A DNA stretch of 58,945 bases, the filler included, from Sphacelaria rigidula (taxonomy: Eukaryota): the NCBI GenBank assembly GCA_964200075.2. It is 9 parts of 9 records of this genome, joined end to end, with 100 filler letters (N's around TTAATTAATTAA, not from the genome) between each part and the next. Parts side by side here need not be neighbours in the genome. Positions count along the whole stretch, not along the records: positions 45,926 to 52,385 come from CAXNAA020019945.1; positions 52,486 to 58,945 come from CAXNAA020019946.1; 7 more parts are not named here. One strand, written 5' to 3'. A program made the translations under genes and the position numbers. Position 1 is the first letter of the stretch. The number at the start of each line of letters is the position of its first letter. The notes under the pieces were generated by a model. That model did not search any database. It saw nothing but the letters and a program-made list of their open reading frames with translations, and was not told the DNA's origin. Of the stretch, positions 50,001-58,945 are shown piece after piece.

Positions 50001-51497
50001 CGGCCTGCGTGGTGGGTGTCAAGCGTGGTGCGGAAACTGTTGATGCGAAGATACGGAGATTTTGAGAACAAGCACGAGACGAAAACTTTAAATGCGGTAT
50101 TCTTAAGCATCTGGACCTGTCCCTGCAACAAAACACGTGAAGCTCTACTTAACCTCGACGGCTGCCGAAATAGTTGCTACGGCAACGACTGGAACAATCC
50201 GTCATTTTTTAAAGAACCCACAGCGGCAGGCGGCGGCAAGAGAGGAAGGAGCTGGACACCCTTCGCCGAAGCTAGAATCGTGTACGAAGCACCCGGCCAC
50301 GCACATCGGCCATGCACACCGTATTCCATCGATTACGTCATACTTTACAGCAAAAGTATTTACCACCACTCCATGTTATCTTCCCGTCACACGCCCCCCA
50401 AGCGGCTGCGCGCATACACTACTACTCTGTCGCAGGCTGCTGCGTTTTAGCTCCCTGGACTAACTAACTAGCACTCAGGGTATGGTGACCTTCTCCATCT
50501 GTACTTCAGAAACATTTTTTTCTTCAGCCGGCATGAGTTTTGCCCGACTGGGTTTTGCCTGCTTTCACGCACATCTTGTTCTTCAACACCACGGTAACTT
50601 CTTCCCCGTCTGCGAGCTCTTCTATGATTGTCTTGTCTGGGTGTAGGAACGCAGTCTTGCAGGGAAATCCCGTCAGTAGAAACGGCAGCGCCACAGTAAC
50701 AGCGATCATGAATGCGGGGGGGGGGGGGGATGATGGCTTAGGGGTCTCCGACAGAATTTGTCCGTTTTTACGCACATACTTTTCGTTAACATCACGGTAA
50801 ATTCTTCTCTCCGTCTTCGATATCTTCTATGATTGGCTTGTCCAGATGAAGGAACGCAGACTCGCAGGGAAAACCTGATAGCAACGGCAGTGCCACAGTA
50901 TTCACAGCGGTTATGGTGAATGCGAGACCGGGAGGGGTAGGGGGGAGGGAGGCGTACTCATTTGTTGCTTGCCTTAGTCGTGTGGCCATTAACCATGCAT
51001 TCCTTTCGAGACAGGGGTGGGTGGGGCGGGTGTACTCATGATCTTGCATTCCGTTGTCATGAGACCACTGACCTCGCATCCCCACAAAGCCGGGACGGAG
51101 CACATCGGGTTCTCGGTGGACCGGGATCGCAATCAATCACCAACCGCGAAGCGCCGCGATGTGTTCGGCAAGTTGCATGAGAGGCGAGCTGCACCCTGCT
51201 AATATTGTCCAGCTCGAAGCATACTGAGTATATATGTGGATGGCAGCCTCCAATGAGTTGCTTTTGCTAGTATCGCCACTTCCAGTGACAGCCACGGGTT
51301 ACACTGCCTCATGGGTGTCTCACCACTTAAGCGCTACGTAATACGGCCATCCCCTTTGCGCCGCGTTGAGGTTCGCCACCCCGCACAATATGGTTACCGC
51401 AAATGACCGCAAGTGAGGAATAAGACGGTACCCTGGTTGCCGAGCTTACGCAGTAAGTGGCGTGTTTTAAATCATTGTTGCCACCCGACGCCAACCC

Positions 51498-51821
51498 TCA
51501 ACGGAGGGGCGGGGGGAGGGGGTACTCATCTGTTGCTTGCCTGAGTTGTCTGACCATTGCCACGCACCCCTTTTGAGACGGAGCACCGTTCCCACCACTA
51601 ACAGAGACACCGCCAACATTTGGATGACCATGACATTGTTTCCATATACTACACAAAAGCCTTTTACATACATTGCCTCCTTCCTGCTTCGCTGTCTGTG
51701 GCCACCATCTATCTCCTAGTATAGCGATCGTGTTCTCGCTACTGTCTAATATATGAAACGATTTCATGCCATCTTCGTTTACTTCCCCCATCTCCGTCTC
51801 GATCCTCGTTGGATAGTTCAC
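51498..51821 (-). mobile_element. LINE-like 3' ORF remnant continuous with the poly(C) tail family 1
   Basis: Reading frame ...LDSSENTIAILGDRWWPQ... runs into the tail GGCAAGCAACAGATGAGTACCCCC, which is shared with 7758-7795 and 50953-50995. Confidence 0.55.
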
Positions 51822-51867
51822 ATTCTGCCACTATTTGAATTCTACTCTGGACTGCTTCGCAATATAA

Positions 51868-52210
51868 GTTCGCTCCAGTGGTTCAGTTAGTATCCCCGAA
51901 AAACCTTCTGACTGTTCGAGCGTGGGTTCGAATCTCGGAGCGATCTGGGATTTTTTGGTCATGCCCAACAGTGGAGAGCGACTATGTCGTGGGTAAACAA
52001 AACTCGACTTCACGGTCGACGAGGGAGAGGGACTACTGAGCCTCTCTCGTGATAAAGAAATACAGAGGCAAGCACCGCAGAAGGAAGGTGGAGTACTAGA
52101 AAAAAAAACTCCTGTGTTGGCCTTCCTCCTGTGTGACCCCGGCTGGTGCGCCCACATATACCGAAAGGTGTAGACCGGCGTCCAGAACGGATGGGACGAC
52201 AAAACACACA
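51868..52210 (+). mobile_element. tRNA-derived SINE, copy 2 (3' fragment also inverted at ~56680-56760)
   Basis: A-box TGGTTCAGTTAG, B-box GGTTCGAATCT, same body and 3' end as copy 1. Confidence 0.75.
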
Positions 52211-53248
52211 ATATCAGTAATTCAATGCACCTACTTCCTCCTCCACTCAACTACTGGATAGGGGGGTTCTCATGATCTTGCATGCTGTAGTAATATGACC
52301 ATTTATCTCGCATCCCTGCAAAGCCGGGACGCAGCAAGCCGGGTTCTCGCCAGACCAGGGGGGGGGGGTACTCATGATCACGCATNNNNNNNNNNNNNNN
52401 NNNNNNNNNNNNNNNNNNNNNNNNNNNNNTTAATTAATTAANNNNNNNNNNNNNNNNNNNNNNNNNNNNNNNNNNNNNNNNNNNNAATTAAAAAAAATTT
52501 TACATCCAAAATATACCTTAAAAAAATTGCCCCAATACAAAACTTTTCATTCTCCCCCCCCCCCCCCCCCCCTCCCAGCAACCACCTCCCAGCACTTTTC
52601 TGAAATATATATATGTTCATTATCAAATCGCCCAGGAATGGAAAAACGTTCTAATGTCTGAGCGTATTGCAACGATATATGAAACTTGGAATGTGCTCAG
52701 AATTTCCAAAACTAAAATGAAAAATTACAACTGAAATAGAATTGTACATCCAAAATATACCTGAAAAATATGATCCCATTCAAAAACTTGACAAGTACCC
52801 CCTCGACCTGGCCCATCACAAGGAAAACGGAAGCCTAAGTTTGCGTTGTCTGGTTTTAATTTTGAGCTACGTGCATATAAAACACCTTTTAATAAAATTA
52901 ATTCCCTAACATGAAATGTGAAAGCATGTATATGGTGAACCAGAAAGTCAGCTGTACTAAGCTTGATAGGCATGATGGCAATTTTTGAACCGATTGACAC
53001 AATATCTCCACCAAACGCACAACTAGCGGTTGTTAAGGCATTTGGGGAAAACTATACAAATTGAAACAAATTTAATTTTGCTGATTTTTTTTCATTATAT
53101 TCTAGTAAAAATTTTAAATACTTTTCGGTATTTACGAATTAATGTCGTTTTTCAGGCATTAGATTTTGAACATATTATAATATATAATATACTATATATC
53201 TATAACTATAACTATTTTTTCTTAAAAATTTATATTTACATAAACATT

Positions 53249-53302
53249 ATGAGTGAAACAAGCAAAATAGCAGGAATCGATTTAGGAACTACAAACTCAG
53301 TT
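53249..53302 (+). pseudogene. dnaK: 5' fragment of dnaK/hsp70 in an AT-rich island
   Basis: MSETSKIAGIDLGTTNSV contains the Hsp70 signature IDLGTTNS. AT-rich codons; the sequence switches abruptly to GC-balanced DNA after 18 codons. Confidence 0.7.
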
Positions 53303-53779
53303 GAGAGTTGCTCGGCTCTGCACTGGCACTGTGTACGCGACTGAGCGTGTGAAGAGTGTAGTAACCATCATTGTGTCGAAGCTTCGTCGTTCTTGCGGTA
53401 CACCGTGACCATGGTCTGCCAGTCGGGGTGACGCCCTGGTCTCCACCTCTCTACTTCGCCGCTGTCCCGCACATTTTGCGACAATGGCGCACACGGAAAC
53501 AGGCAAACGGTGGAAAGGATGTTTGAGGCGAAGCCGAAACACGCCGCAAACGTGATGATTTCCGATGATATCTCCCGTACTCATAGACCTCACGATTATG
53601 CCGGCACTACATGTGCTGCAATAGCGTCGCGGGGTTTTTGGTGGCACTCACGACCTGGTCATGACGGCAACAATCCCACCCATTCGCCCTCCTGCTCCGC
53701 GCATACTGTTCGTTGTCCTCAGGTACCGCTGGTTGCTCAAGATCCGCACGCGGCCGGGTACCTCGCTTGTCTGGTGGTG

Positions 53780-54457
53780 ATGGCCCAAACACCGGGTGCG
53801 CATCCGCCGCCCAAGTACCCCCATCCTCCCGCACAGCAACGGCCGCCCCCCCCGTCCTCCCCGTACCCGCAGCAGCAGCAGCAGACGGCAGAAGGGACCC
53901 CTCCGGGACCGCCGGCCAGGCCGGCCAGGACTGCCGTTCAGACCTCCCCGCAGCAACAGACCATGCCGCTGCCGCCGCCACCGCCGCCACCACCCATGTC
54001 CATGGTGCCCCCCCCGCCGCCGAGCCCCTCGGTACCCCCACCCAGTGCCGTAGCTGGAAGCACGTGGAGCGCGCCGCAGCCGGGTGAGCCGGCCATCCCA
54101 CCCATGCCTGGTGCCGTGGGTGCTGTTGCGCCGCCGCCGGTTCCTCCTGTTCCGTCGACTGCCGCTGTGGGGTTGCCACCGCCGCCGCTACCGCCACTAC
54201 CGCCGCCGCCGCCGCCGATCCATGCAACGGCGGCGGCGCCAGGGGCGACAGGATTCAGCGGTGCTGCCCCCCCTCCTCCCGCCACCCCTCCCGCGCAGCA
54301 ATTTCAGCAGCAGCCGCCGCTTCCGCCGCCGCCGCCGCCTCCACAGCAGATTCAGCCACCGCCACCGCCTCCGCCGCCGCAACAACAGCAACATCAACAG
54401 CAGCATCCGTTAATGGGCGTGGTGGCTGAACGGATCGCGTCGATGGGCCCCCAAGAA
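53780..54457 (+). CDS. Pro/Gln-rich protein with SURP/SWAP-like module, exon 1
   Basis: GC-rich open frame MAQTPGAHPPP...QQQHPLMGVVAERIASMGPQE ending at a GTGAG donor. The start codon is uncertain. Confidence 0.7.
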
Positions 54458-54799
54458 GTGAGCGGGACGGTAGTTTAGCTGTGTAGGGTATGGGGGGAAA
54501 TGGGAGGATGAAATTTCCCGTGTGTGTGTGCTTTTTGTGGTGTTGGTCTGAACTTTGACCGGAAGTGTGGACTCCCTCCGAGAGTCATCCGTGTGCATGG
54601 CCGCAGAGTTGTGTCGACTTGCTTTTTGCATGTGCCCATCGTACCTTAACCCCCCCCGGCAATCACGCTGCTGCTACGCCCGCTTCGGAGTTGATTTTGC
54701 ACTTTGGTCACTGTACTGTCTCTAGGTTGCTATAAAAAGCTGAGCAAATTTCAAACACCCCCCCGCCCACCTCCCCCTCTCCCCCCCTGATTTCAACAG

Positions 54800-54958
54800 T
54801 TGGAAACGATGCGGCGAATGCCCGATGCCCAGGCGCAATATCCGTTCATCTTTGAGAGCCACGCGGGATTTGGGCACTTCCGCGACATGCTTGCGGGGCT
54901 AGTAATGCCAAGATTTCAGCAGGGGGGCACCGGGGCCGGGGGTGGGAGCACGGGATAA
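54800..54958 (+). CDS. Pro/Gln-rich protein with SURP/SWAP-like module, exon 2
   Basis: Pyrimidine tract and caacag acceptor, LETMRRMPDAQAQYPFIFESHAGFGHFRDMLAG...STG*. Phase 0 matches exon 1. Confidence 0.65.
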   Translation: METMRRMPDAQAQYPFIFESHAGFGHFRDMLAGLVMPRFQQGGTGAGGGSTG

Positions 54959-57398
54959 CTTGGCGTATAGATATCTGTAGTACATGTCCCATTTTGTTAG
55001 GGGATCGGTGCATGGATTACTCGGTGTACTACAGAGCGGTAGTGATGTAGATGTCACGGTCAAGAGCTTGACTCGCTGAATCTCTGTAAACGTGCCCTGG
55101 GATCCACGATGAACACAAGCGAAGGACGTATAAGGCTGATGTGGGGTGGAAAGGGAAGGTAGATGTGTTTGTGTCTTGCGTTTTGTTTTGTTGTTGTTTT
55201 GTTGGAGGGCGCCTTGTCAAGAGGATGTTTTGTCCTTGCTGTAACGAAAAATTGGTTGGCTCGGCGACTTTTCACGACAAGTACAGCTTGTTTGCCTTGG
55301 CTTGGCTTCGATGAGAAATGAATGCACGACCGAGGTGGCTTGTGACATGACTTCTGCATTGTGGTGATGTGGAGATTATGTGGATCTACATCTACTCACC
55401 CTGCCGAGCGTCGTCCAAACTATGATATTGGCGATTAGTCATTCATGGGCTGGCGGCGAAATAGTCAAGTTTGCCATAGTATTCATACTCGTGCAAACAC
55501 GTATCACTGGTGATTGATCGTAATGTGACATGACCAAGGTGAGTAAAAATGGGGACGAGGCGAACAGCATGTACACTCTGAGACAGCTCTGCTAAGACAA
55601 GGATAATCGGGGATTCGTATCTCATCGATCACGCGCTGGAAACACGGTATGACAAAATCACAAGTTACATGAGTTCGTCTGCAGGGGGGCGGGGGGGGTG
55701 GGGGGGACAGAGACAGATTCCATCATGGACGTTGCACAAGTTCCTCAGATCACACACTGCTTCTGATGACGATGTGTCGTTGAATCAACGCGGGTGCGCG
55801 ATGTACTTCCTGTATGCAGCGATGCTTTTCCTTTCGTTTGTTTGGCTTTGAAGGTAAATGTAACGACGCAGTGACTGCGGCCCACTCGAGCAAACGCGCG
55901 CGCGCGTGTGTTTGTGTCTCAAAGATGGTTGAAAGGAAAACAGAGCACCCTGGCCAATCGGTCAAAACCGCCACTGCGCCCATCACGAAGCAAGCGTGAC
56001 AAGAGGATTGGAAATGCCCACTGAGCAGGCAATCTTTTACTTCAAGTTTGACCCTTTTGGCATCGACCCCCCAAGAAACACGGGGTCGATCATGTGTTAT
56101 TCCAATTTCACGAATTTCACGAAGTGAAGTTGCTTTCTGCTGCGGGTAAGAACTTGACTAAAAGGTTTTTTGCGTCAGGATTCTTGCGATCGGATTCTTG
56201 CGATATTGTTTGTTAGATTTTTGTGTTTTTGGGGATAACTTCGTCAAACGGACACCACACGGATCCTGCTCCAAGGGGGACTTGGACAAACAGCAGTTGC
56301 CGCTGCCCACCTAGTATCATCCTCCAAATCGAAGTCTTGAGTAAGAACCCCCAGCGTTTGGTTCCCATGTACAAGGATGATCTACATCGAGTATCTTGCT
56401 CCAAAACGTACCTGACAGTAGCAGTGCTAGCGGATCGCACGTTCTGACAGTCCGTGACAGTCTGGCAGCCGGCAAGGTGGTTATGGTAGTGTCCTTCTAG
56501 CGATATCAACTTACAGTGCACTGGAGCAGAGGTTGCAGGTGAATATTCCGATGATTGCCTCACCTGCAATTCCCCCAGATGTTGCCCCTGCATTACATAT
56601 AGAAATTGTACCCAACCGTAAACAAAGCAATCCTACAGACAGTACGAACACGATGTGGAAAGTGTACTGCGCAACGTCGAGTGTGCTGTGTGCTGTCGTC
56701 CCATAAATTCTGGACGACCGTCTCCACCTTTCAGTATATGTGGGTGCACCAGCCGCGGCTGTGTTACCATACAGCTCCGCCCATGATACAGGCAGCCATG
56801 ACAGCGGCGCAGACGGCCTTTCACTCCTGCATGCGCCACCTGGGGCAAACGCACGCTGTAGCTGCAACACGGACAGGTCTACAAAATGTGACGTAGCAAT
56901 ATAGCGCGTAGCGAGGAGGTTTATATCCTGCGTACACCTTGGCTGCGATACAACGGCTGCACTCATGATGTGGCGAACCGCATAGGACAACGCGAAATCA
57001 ATGCAGGACAGGGATAGACTATGGATGCGACGTTCTGCGGTGTGCTTCGTCACTCTGCACCCTGCCGCTGTGCAGTGAGCAGGTAAAACCGCCGCAGGCG
57101 TCACGTCACGGATGGTGCACAGTATCGGCTCCACATCCAAAGGGTAACCTCTGCCATAAAATTCAACAAAACGTACTTAAATTAAATTACACGGGCGGAG
57201 CGCGTTCTTATTGAGCAGCACGCGCGCTAGCGTTTCCGTGTTGCCGACACCGTGCCAGCGCGCTTGTGCACTACAGCGTTGTACTCTCCTGTGGGAGCCC
57301 GTCACGGTATTGCTCCTCATATTTCATGACGCTTTATTCGAAATCACGTAGAAGAAATGCCAGCGAGTCCATCTTTGTTGCACTTGGAGGTGTGCCGT

Positions 57399-57616
57399 TG
57401 TAACGCGTGAGAGGACCGCGTGCTTAGAGGACCGCATCGGAATTTGAACACCCCTATGGTTAGGGTTAGGGTTAGGGTTAGGGTTCGGGTTAGGGTTAGG
57501 GTCAGGGGCGTGGTACCGGCAAGGACTGACCCGACTTGTTTTGAAAAACGTCGATCCTCAGGTTTTTTTCAACTACGGCGCGGTCCTTTAAGCACGCGGT
57601 CCTCTCACGCATTACA
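57399..57616 (-). mobile_element. MITE-like element with TIRs and internal (TTAGGG)8 tract
   Basis: TIRs TGTAA(C/T)GCGTGAGAGGACCGCGTGCTTA at both ends. TTAGGG x4, TTCGGG, TTAGGG x2, TCAGGG at 57460-57507. Reverse-complement homologue of 3059-3257. Confidence 0.8.
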
Positions 57617-58945
57617 GTGTACCAGTTCTTCGATCTAGTACTGCCGCATGCTCCGTGCTGTACGAACTAGTATACCGTACCAGTTCAAAAACGGATAAGC
57701 ATGAAATAAACGCCAGCGACATGCTCTGGTTATCATGAATTGTACTGTGTACGAGGCGCGGGGACCGTAGTTTTTGTCAAGGAATGTAAGGACGCGACCA
57801 TACTGCAGTACAGGTAGTTTTTCATGCAACACGTGATTCAAACGAGACACAAAATAAAACATTTACATGATGATACCTGGGCGTTTTGGTACTGAAGTGA
57901 GTCTACCAGTCTCTCCACTACCTACCGTAAGGAGATAAATATCATGGGTAAATACAAAATAAGTTACTGGCAGATCTTCATTTTAGAGTAGAGGGCTCAG
58001 CCGAGACTACTCCGGGTTCACCGCCGGAATCCGAGACGGCAACGTCCCAAACACCGAAATAAATTGAAATTGGAAGCGCCCTGGACACAGGACGACATAT
58101 AATAAACAGCCTGGATTCGTTTTTGAGGTTCAACATTTGGGTGAGGTTCAACGGACCATCGAAATTTCATTTGATTTGTCCAAAAGGCTCGGGATTCATA
58201 ACCGGTTTCGACCATGTAACCCTAACCCAGAAGTTTCTGCACGGCAGGGCAAGTATGATGATGAGCAGTCCAACAGAAAAACCGCCGTCATCGATTGTGC
58301 GGCATCATGTTTTAAGCAGGACCTGCGTCTAAGCGCTACGGAACACGTAACAAAGCATGCTGAAAACATACTTCTTTGGACTAGTCATCGAGTTTTCGAG
58401 CGCCTCTCATTGAGTATCTGAGAGAGACTTCATACTGTTGCGCCGGCGACGACCGCCGTCAGCGAAACGATCCAATGTGGCGACAGACGCCAGCAATCTT
58501 TGAAACGCAGCACCATTCAGCAGTCGCTGAGATATACCATCACCAAAGTACATCATCACTACAGTACCGCCGTCAGTTGAATAAAATGCATGCCCCACAA
58601 TAAAGCTGAGACACAACGGGGGTAAGGGTTAGTCCCACGCTTGGGGTTGTTTCGCCAGAAGTGCTCATGCGAGGCGCTTCATTTGGTTTAAACCAGCTAT
58701 CACACCTCTTATGGCCACTTCCGCCGTGGCTGTATTGAGAACCGATTTCGCGGTGAGGGTGTCGAACAATAAACAACCGATTTTAAATTTTGGGGTTCAA
58801 CACTAAAATGGGGCTGACGTCGCATTTCTCTATTGCAGGGAAGATACGAAAGAGTAACACAGAGCGAAAGTATCTCCCCCCCCCAAACTCCGCAGGAGGA
58901 CTTGACCGTCAGATCGCGAGAGTAGGTCACCTGCTGAATCGGCAT

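Noticed and set aside
53607..54413. Overlapping antisense and alternate-frame ORFs
   Set aside because: Shadows of the GC-rich polyproline exon.
57460..57507. True chromosome end
   Set aside because: The tract is short, internal and enclosed by TIRs.

Overview
The window is not one locus. It is nine unrelated contigs of 6,461 or 6,460 bp, sorted by length and joined by 100-bp artificial linkers (N-run, TTAATTAATTAA, N-run), so nothing can be inferred across the linkers. The DNA is eukaryotic, intron-rich and repeat-rich. A brown alga (Phaeophyceae) is my inference from the intron style, a WSC-domain gene, a Ngaro/DIRS-type element and TTAGGG repeats. Three partial spliced genes were reconstructed by hand: a glucose/sorbosone-dehydrogenase-like beta-propeller fused to a C-terminal WSC domain (5 exons, minus strand), a class I fructose-1,6-bisphosphatase (4 exons, minus strand), and a Pro/Gln-rich protein with a SURP-like module (2 exons, plus strand). 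Decayed Ty1/copia, Ty3/gypsy and tyrosine-recombinase (Ngaro/DIRS) retrotransposons are present, along with a tRNA-derived SINE, several MITEs and an AT-rich dnaK/hsp70 5' fragment. The most unusual observations are retroposon 3' tails that end in poly(C) and appear to target C-runs (one has a 15-bp target-site duplication), a small inverted-repeat element carrying an internal (TTAGGG)n tract, and an array of about 12 piggyBac-like mini-elements sharing TTAA junctions. Whether any of these is new needs database searches I cannot run.
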